DNA from: Lingula anatina
Taxonomy: Eukaryota; Animalia; Brachiopoda
DNA length: 64,000 nucleotides
Direction: 5' to 3'
Assembly: GCA_051362555.1 (NCBI GenBank)
Contig: CM120640.1
Location: 8,556,001-8,620,000, forward strand
Below, piece by piece: positions 1 through 13,200 of this stretch. The notes beneath the pieces were generated by a model that had not been told where the DNA came from, searched no databases, and saw only the letters and a program-made list of their open reading frames with translations. How positions within the stretch are numbered: position 1 is the first letter of the stretch; every line of letters begins with the position of its first letter. The translations under genes and the position numbers were made by a program.

Positions 1-108
1 CATTTATAAAACCAACCCAAAAAAGACAAAACTGTCGTACTCAAAAATTAAAATTTAACATTTGGGGTAACTAGTTAAATATATTGATGGTGATTTTCTT
101 CCTTCCAG

Positions 109-3100
109 CCTATGTCTGCCAAGGAGCTGATAAAACTCAATTTTTACAAAAACAGTGAAGGTGAGTTTATTTTTAGTTACCATATGTGTGTCCTTTTGTA
201 AACATGTATGTCAAACATTAAATATCAAATGTATTGGTGACAAATTGTTTGATACATATACAGTATCTATGATCTGTGATTTGTATTATGTATATGTTCC
301 AGATAAATACCACTGCCCAGTAACATTCAAGGTGTTCAACGAAAACTCACACATTGTTGCTATTAAGCCAACTGGAAATGTGTTTTCATATGATGTGAGC
401 TATTTACAACTTTTATTTGTATATTTTGATTTTTTTGTCTTCTTCCTACATGTTCAAATGTGTTATTCAAACTATATTAGAAGACTTAGTGCATAGTTTG
501 TATTTTCTTTGTCATTTAGAAAAATAAATACATTAAATGCTTAATTTGTTATTCAATATCATACAAGTGTAATTAATTTTCTGGCTGTTTGCTTTGCAGG
601 CAGTAGAAAGACTGAATCTCAAAACAGGACATTTAAAGGACTTGATCAATGATGAGCCCTTCACAAGAGCTGATATAATCACAATACAAGTATGTCAGTG
701 CATTGCTAAACTTCAGAAGTCTTTGATATGAACAACCAGTTTGTACAGTATGTGGCAAATGTAAATGCTATGCAGTGAACAAAGGATTCTAAAAGATAAA
801 AAGTATAAAAGGAGAATTGTGAAGTCTTGAGCTTCTAATTTAATCAGATATATGTAGTGAATATTGTTCACTTTGCACAAAATGTATGTTTTTGTTCATT
901 GATAGGAGAAGTTGTCAAGACAAAAAACTATGAGAGCTCCCATCATCAGCCCTTGATGATTTTTATGTTAATTTTGAAAAATACTATTACAGGACCCTAC
1001 TAATCTGGACAAATTTAATTTGGCAAACTTCTATCATTTGAAAAATAATGTCAAGGTGGAAGATGAGGGTAAGTGCTTTGTCTTGAATACTCATACATGA
1101 GATTTTATCATATCTAATTGAAGGAGCTGTTTTAAGTCCTCTAACTTATTGCAAGGTAATTTCTCTTCTAATTTTTGCATCAGGTCTAAGTTGTTGACAA
1201 ATGCAGTATATTTTCTAAGAATTTAAAGCTTTTCTTATCATTTACTTTTATTCGTTTTAGATGAAGTCCTTGCCAGAAAAGATCCTAAATTTCACCTGAA
1301 ATCCATAAATGCTGAAACTAGAGATGTCTTGAATACATTAGATAAAGAATATAAAGCACCAGTAAGTGCACATCATAAGAAGAGAATCTAATATAACCTA
1401 AGATATGTCAGTCTATAGCCAATAGATGAAAAGGCTAAGGAATTCCTTATTGAAATAAATATGTATATTTAACCCAAAAATGTTTTTTTCTGTCCTGTTT
1501 GAAATGTAAAATTGATATTTTCATTTCAGGAGAAAACAGTTGTGGAAAAGAAAGTTGCTGACAAGTTCAATGCTGTAAGTACATTATTTGTGTATGTGGC
1601 TTTCAGACAAGACTAATCTGTGAATCTAAATACACATCTTTTGCTGCTTATCATGAGTTTTTTGTGCAGCAGTCAATATTTCATCTAAGTGGACTACAGA
1701 TTTTTCTTTTCACATCAAAGTGGACTAATGCTATTTGTGAAAACAGGGCATGTTGTTTTTCTTTCTAGGCATCTTATTCCACAGGCAGGGTTGCCGCATC
1801 ATTCACATCTACAGCTATGGACCCCGAAACCAGACATGAAGCAGGTTTGTGCTCACCATTTACAGACATATTAAAAGGAAACCAATTCATGTAATGTGAT
1901 TAACCTGTTTATCAATTTATTAGGATGTTTGAATTGTAGCAGTTAGAAGCTGTTGTGTTATGCTCATTCTGATAAATGCATTTCTTGAGATCATATATAT
2001 ATATAATCCCACATAATCATTGGTTGTTATTTATTTGTTTATTTATTTTTAGCTTTAATTGATGAAGATATAATAAAATATGAGCGTGTTAAAAAGAAGG
2101 GGTATGTGCGTCTGGTTACCAGTAAGGGAGTACTTAACTTAGAGTTGCACTGTGAAATGGTAAGATTTGGCTGCAGTTTTGTTAAACGATGAAACCTAAA
2201 TGCAAAATTATCCCTTCAGCCATCAGGAACTGAATTTTGAATCCTTCATCTCTGTCTGTGAGAATAGCTGCCAGGCTAAGGACTAGTACAGTTGCCATAG
2301 GTTTGGTTAAATAATAGACATTTTTAAAGTTAATTTAGTTCAGTTAGCTAAGTGGAAAACTAAGTAGTTGTTTTGAGTAATTTTTCCAATATCCAAACCC
2401 TTCGCCTTCAAACAAGTAGTTTTCTATTGCCTACAGTACTAGTCCAAGTAACTGGTTGTCTGAAACCTTAAACCATCATTTTCATTGTTGAAGCTCAGAA
2501 TGGAATTTTGAATCTAAGGATTTTTAACCAACACTTATGTTTCATTAAGGTTCCAAAGACATGTGAGAACTTCATGAAGCACTGTGCTAGTGGATATTAC
2601 AAAGGAACAACATTCCACAGATCTATCAGAAATTTTATGGTTAGTATGAAAAATAACTAACAATTGCTTCTTGGGGAAATTTGTTTCACCTTTGGTTTAT
2701 AATTACAGATTTTCCTGTAGTTAGAAGATATCAGATTTCTTAATTGATTTTTTTCTTTTTATTCTTATATTTATTTGTTTTAAGCGGGAAAAGAGTTTTA
2801 TCCAAGTAATTTTGTAATTAGTTTCACATTTATTTGCTATTATCAGTACAAGAAATTGGGAAGCATAAATTCTATAACTTGTGGTGTTCTGATTTTAGAT
2901 TCAGGGAGGAGACCCCACAGGAACAGGCAAAGGTAGGTGGTAAAAATAAATATAGATTTTCTAATCATTCATATATATATATATATATATACCATGGTGT
3001 TTTACTGACATAGATGCTGTGCATCCATATTCCAGTGAAGACTGTTTGGAGTAATATATGTTAACAGAAGAGCACATTTTAACCACCATATGTTAACAGA

Positions 3101-5846
3101 ATACGATGTATTTCTTTATTTTTTCTGGCAGTGTTAACTGAAAATGATGTGTTTTATGTAAAGTGTTATGGCAAGTGCTTTATGTAAAAGGATATTTCTC
3201 ATATATTGTGAAAAACTTAAGACTCATTTTTGGCCTATTTTAAACCATTGCATTAATTCTTTCTGACATAAATGCAGTGATTCATGATAAAATGTTTCTA
3301 AATGGTCACAGGTGGAGAATCTGTATGGGGTGGAGCCTTCAAGGATGAATTCAAGCCTAATCTAACTCATTCAGGGAGAGGTGTACTCAGCATGGCAAAC
3401 TCTGGCCCCAACACCAACAAATCTCAATTGTAAGTACTCCCTTAAATAAAACATGGCCACAGTTAGCTCTGGAAACCATGGGGTCTTTGTTTCAGAACCC
3501 TGTGAAGTAAATGTTTATACCTACATGTTTGAAATTTGGCACGGTTGTACTGAAGGGTGATCTTAGTAATGGTACACGTGGTTTACCCCCGACGCATCAT
3601 TTATTTATTTATTTATTTATTTATCATTATTTTTTTATTTGGAGTCATGTCTTAAACTTTGGCATGGTGTTGTACCAATTCTGGCATGTTTTCAACCATT
3701 AGTCATCAGAGATTGTGCATGTTCTGTTTATTTCATAATATTACATGACTGCATTTAGTTATGTGAGGTGGAGTGTAAGCTTTCCTAAGTCTGTCCTAAG
3801 TATAAACAGTACATTCTAGAATTACAATGAGGTAGATCAATACACTGACTAATTTGTTGAGATGAAAAGTAACAGAGAGATTTCAGATCCAGAAATTTTC
3901 ACCATGACTGGAAGCATTATTTTCACTCTTGTTGTATGAAAACTGACAATGATTGTGGTCCCTTTTTCTTTTTCAGTTTCATAACCTTCAGATCTTGTAG
4001 GCACTTAGATCAGAAACATGCAGTATTTGGAAGGTAGGATGTTTCATCCTGAAACTGGGCAGTTTTCAGTTCTCACTTTATACAGAATTTAAAACATGTT
4101 CTAATGTACTCTGTGTTACATTTCACAGTGGTAAAAATACTGTCATTTTTTTAAACATTTATCCGGAGTTTATAATTTAACCTGATTGTTTATAAATAAC
4201 CCCCACCACCCGGATAGATAGATTTACATCACCCTGCAACTCACAGTGGTTAACAAATGTTATTGTATATAAAACAAGTATTTCAATAGCATTATTAATA
4301 TTAAAAGTAATATGTTGAGATTTGAAATATTGACTTTGACTGTGATGTTATACAGTTTGAAATTGAAAATTTGGTTTGTTTTCCCATGCTAGGGAGTGTA
4401 CTATCACCATAATTCCTTATTTCTAACTGTATGCCTAATTGAAAGGCACAATTGTCACCGGCTACCCTATGACCAGCACAATATTGCCCAATTGTATATC
4501 TTAGCATTTTTGATAAATGATCAAATGTCAATCTTGTAAATTTTTTGAATACTATAATAATAATAATAATAATAATTTATTGAGCATTAAAATGTGTACA
4601 GTTATATTTTACAAGCTCTCTAAACTACAATTTTACATAAATTAGCACATAAGCTTAAATAAGTATAATTACTTTAGATCATTATAATACCAAAATACAT
4701 ATATGCCAACTACTTCAGACATATAGCTCACAATAGTAAGACACAATCTTAAAATGTCAAGTTTTATTCAGTGAACTAGTATTTATGATCAGAGGTTTAA
4801 AATCAATTTTAAACTCACCTGGAGCTGGAGTGGGCCTTTTTGTGAAAAATATAGAACCCAGAATGACTAATTAAGTAGACTCTTTTGGGTGAATAGTTTT
4901 GTTTACGTGATTGTTTAAAATGCCAGCTATTATATTTCAGGGTTGTTGGTGGTTTGGATACATTAGATGCCATGGAGAAAGTAGACACTGATAAAAATGA
5001 CCGACCAGTGGTGAGTGCTCTTGGTTAGCTTGGGATTTGTCTTTCTCTGTTTGAATTTATTGGTCTATCAGTTTATAATAAGCTTGTTAATTTTTAGGTC
5101 ATCAGTTTATCGTTACCAAGATATTCTATTCAGTTGTAATTAAGCTATTTTTAAACAATGTTATCATGGATTGTACATTTCATTGCAGGAGGAAATAAAA
5201 CTGATCAGCTGTACTGTCTTTGTAAACCCCTACCAGGAGGCAGAAGAGCAGGTGGGAAAAATTTTTTTTATCAAACTGAACTGCATTCATCCTTATTCAC
5301 TCGTTAAAATGAATTGATGCTGTCAAATTTAAAGGTGCCTTTGGGAAGTGAAAGAAGTTTTTTTTTTGTTGTTGTTGTTGTTTGGCATTTTGCATTATAT
5401 GATATTTTTAATTAAGTCATCTTTTGTGGTAGCTTGCTAAAGAGAGAGAGATGGAGTTAGCCCGGGAAAAGGAGGAACAAGCTAAGCTAAAACAGAGATT
5501 TCAGCCAAAGAAAAAAGAAGATGGTCCAAAAGTGTACAGGGAAGGAGTAGGAAAATACATAAGCACTGAGTGAGTATGCATCGCTATTCAGTTATCAGGG
5601 AACAAAAGCAATATTGATATTTGTATTAGAGAACACAGCTTTATTAACTTGATAAAGGACAGACAAGTAATTTAAACCTTCTGATTGGTTTCTTTTATGT
5701 TATTAAAATATTGTTTCTGGTAAAGAACTGCAAGTTTACTTTTTATCCATTCTAGAAAGCAAGATATGGATGAAACAGATAATTTGGAACCAGTCAGAAA
5801 GAAAAGCAAAGGAAAGACTGGTTTTGGAGATTTTTCTTCATGGTGA
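109..5846 (+). CDS. PPIL2: PPIL2 / cyclophilin-60 (U-box E3 ligase plus cyclophilin domain); 5' end lies outside the window
   Basis: GT-AG exons 109-160, 303-394, 600-689, 993-1068, 1261-1361, 1530-1574, 1769-1844, 2053-2159, 2550-2639, 2899-2932, 3312-3429, 3977-4033, 4941-5010, 5189-5251, 5433-5569, 5756-5846. They translate to [94 protein letters not shown], all characteristic of PPIL2. Confidence 0.97.
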
Positions 5847-6583
5847 CTGTTATTAAATGAAGTCAAGGGAAAATTTTACAGAATTTTTGAGTGAACAGGT
5901 TCTTAGGCAAGGAAGCCTCACTGTGAGCCAGGTGGTGGTTGAACTGGTTTGAAGATTATTTTTTGAAGTTGCATTTGTAAGGATAAATATTTTGTGATGG
6001 AAACATTTTATATTTTTACAATTTATTCATTTGAAAGGAACTGACACAATGTTGACTTGGTTCATGCTGTTTTCAACATAAACTGGTTTAGCAAATTTTA
6101 AGCCACTTATTGTGATTATGGCATATTTGCTTGGAGCCTTTAAGATATTTTAAGCCTTTTAGATGCAGGATCATTTATTATTTACCAAATGAAAAATAGG
6201 GAAAGAAGTATGTGAATAAACTTCAACAAGTTGAGAATGTGTGAGATTTATTTATCACAATATCACCATCTGACACAGGTTTTCATCCATTTACAATATG
6301 TCACTTGTCAGATAAAAAAAAATCAGGTGTATATAAATCAAAAAAATATTTCACTACAAATCAAGCTTTGGCCTGCATTTAATAAGGATTTGGCCATTTA
6401 GCAGAAACTCTTTAGATTATTAGTTTTATTATAAGTATTGTTTTTTACATTACTTGTATAGTCTAAATGGCATGTAAAATATATACGTGGCTGATGTACC
6501 TCCGCATACATTTCTTCAAAAGAAGCAGTTTATTTCAGGGAAGTACTAGTAAATCCGCTAAAGATGCCAAAGGTGAATCGCTT

Positions 6584-6752
6584 CTTTTGTCACATGTGAT
6601 AAATATGATATAATTAATTCCTGCCATAATAATTATTTGTGAGCCTCTCATTTAACAATAAATAATGTCATTGGGCAGATTCATCATTAAATTTGACCTG
6701 CAGGAAGGTCTAATGTGCTGTATTACACATTTATCACATGTGATAACAAAAG
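6584..6752. repeat. ~170-bp inverted repeat (MITE-like) in the probable PITP 3' UTR
   Basis: cttttgtcacatgtgataaat at 6584 pairs with atttatcacatgtgataacaaaag ending at 6752 (3-nt indel). Confidence 0.55.
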
Positions 6753-7253
6753 GCAATGACCTGCATGGCCCCCTGCACCTCCCCATAACAACAGCTAAGG
6801 AAATGACCTAAAGAATTGTTATCAAAGTATGGCACAGCCACTTTTTCTTTGGAAGGTAATAACAAATTATTTAAATTCTAGTTTTTGCTACCTTAAATAA
6901 CTGAAATAAGACAAATATTACCAAAGTAACTCATTTTTCTGACAAATTTGGGGTCCATAATTTTTTCTTTTGCCAAACAGCATAAGTTTTCAGATCTTTT
7001 TTTTTATAAAATAGATGGACATTATGTCTTATACTTCTGATTTTCTACTTCCAGTTTACATCTAAATTTGCTAATAATCCTATCATCTGAATCTCAGACA
7101 AAAGTCACAACAATTGCAAGGAGTCTCAGAGATGTACTTCCACATTGAAATGTAGATGTCTCTACACTGTGATGATAAAAGTAAAATAATGAGAATGCAC
7201 TGATCACAATGTCTGCTCCTATATCAGTTATTAAATGTCTAGTATCCTCCTCT

Positions 7254-10200
7254 TCATGTTTCCATTGTACCTCGGACGTTGCCAACATTTCGTTGCTAAA
7301 AAGTTGAAACGGCACAATATTTAACAGATACAAATTTTAAATTAATTTCACATACATTTTTTAAAATAAGTGGCAGTCAGTGAATATTCAATTAATTGGT
7401 GAGGAACAATGTCCTCAATAACATATATTTCAAAATGCTGGAGAGCAAAGGATTGACCTCCATTGAGTAGATTACGTTTTTTAGATTGACAGTTCTGGCG
7501 TTTTGTTTCTTTTACACACAGTATACTTGGCCCACTAAAGTGGCATTAAGACAGCCAAGATACTCTGTGCCTGTATTATAAAGAGTGTGCGGTGTGCAAA
7601 AGGGACAAAATATTAATCTACTCGAGATACTTCCATCTTGGGAGTGCAACTCCCTTGAGAAGGCCTGAAGAAGAACCATACCTTAAATAAAAAGATAAAC
7701 ATATATCAGAGAGCAACTGTACCTTATCCAACTCTTCTTTAGTCTTCTGTTCTATTGCGCGTATATCTTCCATTGTCATTCCATGCCATTTATCAATCCA
7801 ACAAAATACTTGACGATGGAAGTTTGTAAATATCCTTCTCTCAGACTAAAAGCATATAAAAAAAAAGCCATGTAAGAGAAGTCAACTTAACAAACTGGGG
7901 GAAATAAAGTTATTAAAAAACGGATAAACTACAAAAAAATAAACAAATTATATTTATTTATTTATTTATTTATTCATTTATTTATTTATTTTGCAACTTA
8001 TATTGGCCTTTATTAGCAAAGTCAGCAATGACCTTCACCTACCTTCTGAATGAATTTTTCTATTTTGTTTTGGAGACCCCACCATTTAAAGTGACATGTA
8101 ACTAGCTTGTAAGCACACATCACTGGCTCTGTAGTATTCTGGAATTAAAAAATCCAAATTAGACACTTTTTTCACTGATCTGTTGTGTTGGATGGTCTTA
8201 ATACCAAAATTCAAAAGTGTGCTAATCTGGACTCTTAGAAAAGTGTCAACCATCTGCTGGATGGAATATATAGTCTTTATTATAACAAGACATACTGTCT
8301 TAATTTTTTTTAAACTACACTCATACACCGTTTTACTCACAATCCAATTTTTATCGAGTAGACCTCTTCCTGTTTTTTCTGACTTAAATTTAGCTGGATC
8401 CTCATCTGCTTTGTAATCCTGCAAAATGTTTTTTAAAAATCAGTAGCTAAATACAGAAAGTCTTCCATAGCAATGTTATGGTTATAATACTGGCATCACA
8501 TCCCATTAAAATCACCAAGTTAGCTTAACTACCAGATTGAGTAATGAACACACTTTTTCTACTACAACTAAAACCAACTATCCATTGTTAACAATGTCTA
8601 AGGTAGACTTTGTGCAACTGTGTATATGAAGTGGCAAGACAGGAATATACATATATTGGATTTTCTTTGAATATGGACTGTATGTCATGCTACAAGTACT
8701 ACAATGTATTATCATGCTGGCTGCTGGTATGGTTATTACAATCTTTATTATAGATGTGCTGCATGATAAATAAATGATAAATCTCATTCTGAATATTATA
8801 CCAATGTAATGTCATTATGGGTATTGTAAGCCTTTATTATCATCCAAATACCTAAAATTAGGTTTTTCCTGCATCTTATTATTCAATAATATATGTCCTT
8901 TGACAAAGGCTAACAATATCCTTTTGGCAAAGGCTAACAATATCCTTAATACAAACCAAAGTATTAAACCAAGTACTATTTATGTAATTAACAGTGCTCC
9001 AGAGAGGGCAAGTGCCTGAAAACAGTTTATGTCAAGCCTGGCATTAACATTCAGAACATGAAATGAGACATTCTGCAAGAGTACATATTTGTCATAAGGA
9101 TTGCATTAATATCTGCATTACAATAGCAAACTGCCTTACCTGTCTGGAAACCTCATCATTTGCTATGTCTATGCGTATTATTTCACGCTGCGCAAGCAAT
9201 TCATCTGGTAAGTTATGAGGCTGTAAAAGACCAAGAAAAAAAGTTGTTTTGAGTAGTATCTAAATATGAATGCTACAGAACATAGAAATGTTACACTGGT
9301 CTCCACATCAATTATTTCATGCATCTAATCTATGTGACTGCTTTTTGTGACAATCTTTATGACAATTTATAAAATATTTTTACTGGCCAATAGTGGCTAA
9401 AGTAAATATTCCACAAAAGCTTAGTAATATGAATATTAAGACTTTATAAAACACTATAAAATCAAACTGAGTTTCTAAATACTCACATTATGAGATTCCC
9501 CCCTGTCTGGCAAATGTATAGACTCAATCTTGATAAAAAAATTTTCCTTCATATAATCATTCTAAAAAATGAAAACAAATATAACAAATATTTAAACCAT
9601 ACTTGTAACAAAGTCAAAAATAAAACAGCTAAGCCGTAAATAAACAGACATATTCATGTCAAATCTGACGGGAGCAGTTACTGTCTAAAAATGACAAACA
9701 ACCTATTTAACAATGAAAATGCATTCAGCATTTTTTCATTAATTTTGATGCAATAATACACAATTCTTTACAGCATGATCACCACCATTTTTAATTATGT
9801 ATTACTTTCCCTGTTGATATTCAACAAATTATACTAGCAAAGGTCAAACAAAAATAAAGGCCTCATGATTCAGGCCAAGCAATTTCAAACGGGGGGGGGG
9901 GGGATGTCTTTTTTTTTTTTTTTTTTTTTCAGAAAAAGTGAATCTTTTTCTTTGAAAGCTTTGTGTAAGTAGATCAAATTTTATCCAGAGCATACTTTTT
10001 CTGGCTAATATATAACCTGAGACTTTGTAGTTATCTTTTTTTTTAAATGTTAAGACATCCTTCAATTAAATACATAAAACATAGGTTACTTGCCGTGACT
10101 ACAGTCCTGCAGTAAGGAAAAGCATTCCATGCCTTCTCATGAAATTCCAATGAGCCCTGTGGTGCCAGTAAGCGGATGAAACGAGGAACTTTACTGGAAA

Positions 10201-13200
10201 TAGTGAAAGGCATGATACTGTACATTTCAAGATGATTACATATTGCAAATGTAAATGCTTAGCATTCCCAGAAATCTTTACACAAAGTAAACACCAAATT
10301 GAACACAACATGATCACTACATGTTCTTTACTGCTAGTGTAGCTACTTAGTGGCCACCTGATCCCAACTACTGGAGAGAAAGATTGCTGCATATACAGGT
10401 AAACAATGCATGACTGTGTGTGACATTATTGACAGGATTATGGTACACATCTTGACTAATATAATTTTAACCAGTGACAATGGATTGTTTGTTATTTCTA
10501 CATAATAATGCTTAGCAATACACTTACATGGTTTAATGCTTATCTTATTATAACAATAAGTACTGCAACCTGGTGCCAGGAATTTTGTGGTAAAATTTTT
10601 GTGGTAAAACTTACTATCATAATGTACTATTTTGAGAAATTTAAACCTTATATTTAACACTATTCCTACTGTAGCTTTTATCTACCTAAAGAAATGAGAT
10701 TTTACTCTTTTACTTTTAACAAAATGATGTAATCAAAATATTGGGGGGGGGGGGGGGGGGAGGAGTCATATTTTCTGACTTTTCAGTAAATGGTAGTCTC
10801 ATCCCTGCTTTGAAATAAACCAGCTGTTTGCAAATCCTGGTTTGAGATGCACCTGCTGAGAGGAAAGACAAACTGTCACATAATTTCAAAAGGTGCATCA
10901 GAAAAAAGGGGATTACTCTGCCATGTGATAATTACCAGCAGATCGATAGAAAGTCCAAAGGTGCCAGATGTTTGATGCAAGATATTCCCAGAACACCGTT
11001 TTCTTGGTATTTGGATGTAGTGATAGTTAATTTCCAGTGATGCTCTCACAGGAGCATGTCTTCAATTATTGCAATTTTTCTTCTTGCTTTGTGTATTCTA
11101 TTTGCCTTTATCTATTATTCTAATTTATTGTCCCTTGTTTGTGAAGGTATGGATCAATAAAGCAATGCTATGTTAAACCTATCCAACTACATATCTATTT
11201 CAAGTCCCCCATTAAATGATGTAAATAGTTATAATGGGGTCAACTTTTTCTTCAATTATATGAATCTTTGTTTCATCAAGAACTGGTCATAATTAAATAG
11301 AACCTCTTGTAAAGTTTGTAAGACAAAGGAGCTTTGGACATTTCTCTGGTCAGTCCTGTCCGTATAACATTACCAATTTGAAAAGATTTGATTTTTAGCT
11401 TGCTTTGCTGTAAGCACAAACACAGAAATACAGAAATTAATCAATCATTTAATTGATTCCAATTCTGTGCCTTAAATGAGGTGTTCCTAGGAGATTCTGA
11501 CAAAATCAATAACTGAATCTATCATACACGTAGGCTTGCCCAAAGTAATTTTCCCTTCCTTCATCTCACTTGCCAGACAACTTCATTACTATTCAACATT
11601 ACTTGCACTTTTACTATTATTTAATTGGTCAAAATAGATCACATTAGAAGAATTAGGGTGAAATTCTGGATACTCAGGCAATATTTTACTTGCCCTTCAG
11701 TTTTATATCTACATATACTACACTAACTACATATATACTTTTATTACAACTTCCATACCCTAAAATCAGAGGAATTCAACAACTGCTATTAGATCACTAA
11801 ATCATAAAATATAAAGATAAATGATAATAATTTCAAATAAAATATTTTGATTGAAAATATCCCTTGTTTGTTAGTAAGCATCCAATTAATACATACATGA
11901 TTAAATAATAATAAATACCATCTATTCCAAAATATTCTTTGGTGTTCAAGAAGATAATTTGATTAAAAAGTTGAGTATGTTGACGTACAAGATCAAAACT
12001 GAAAATGTGCTTGCAAGTAAAAATGAATTAATTCTCCTAGAATGCAGAATCTTAAGAAGTGTTCAGAAATCAACTTTTAGTTTAAAAACAGAAAATAATC
12101 ATGAATGATATCTGCTCTAATGTCCTGTCCTTCCATGTAAAACAATTTACAACTACACTCATTTGAAAATTAAGAATGGACAATCAATAGGATAATATTG
12201 ATTATTGACATTTGACCCGCTTTGTGTAGCTGATGTATATGCTCATAGATAAAAATCCATTCTGAACTAGGAGTGCAAATGAGATTTGATAATCTGTTTA
12301 TTAATAGTTATATAAGACAGTCATCAAATCTGGCCATTTTTAGTTTTGACTTCCTGCAACATAACTAGATTTTTTGATTTACATTTGATTAGGGTGAAAT
12401 CTTTATTCTATCATTTATATCAAAGGTAAATCTGGGCATCAAACATTCATGAAAGTGTTGTAGTATTAGTATGCCACTTACCTTGCTAAATGGTAGATTT
12501 TATGGGTGTACTGTCCATCACCAATCTTGGTATTATCATAAAGTACTTCAGAGCTATCTTGGTAAGGCTCATTAACCACAACTTCTATACCCTCTCCCCC
12601 TCCTGTCTCATTCTTACTCGCCTCAGCTACAGAGTACAGCTGTCCCACATGGTACTGAAATCAATATGTATCTATGTTATTCTGGATTCTTCTTTAATTG
12701 TTCAATTATAATTGATTTCAATCATTCTGCATTATGTTTATAATTAACATTTAATATATATTCATTGTTACACAGCACATAACTTAACATAATGGCCCAC
12801 CATTTGACAGTTTGCAAACAATCTAAGACTTTTTTCAAAGTCATATGCCTAGGAAATAAGTAATCAATGTGCTAGTTACAGAGATTTAAACCTACAGATA
12901 TCCGATAAGAAGAGGAATCTGTCACTGTTTATTATCATATTTATCACGCATATTACTTCTATTTGCATCAAGACTGATAAGGCAGTACAATTTGACTCAG
13001 TGCTACAGTGCAGACTAATGCACCTCATGAAACTTCCACATGCTTCCACCTTGCAGACCAGAAGCAAACCAAGTTATTGATAAGGCCATGATTTTGCTGT
13101 CTCCCTTTGACCTTGATTCAAATTATAGATTAAAGTTAGTTATTTTTATACTTACTTTATTTCATACCTACTATTGAATTTCTCCAAACTAGAATTAACA

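Noticed and set aside
8897-8947. 25-bp tandem duplication; similar short duplications at ~27345 and ~59395, plus (TAA)n, (AT)n and poly-G/C runs
   Set aside because: Ordinary slippage products in introns.
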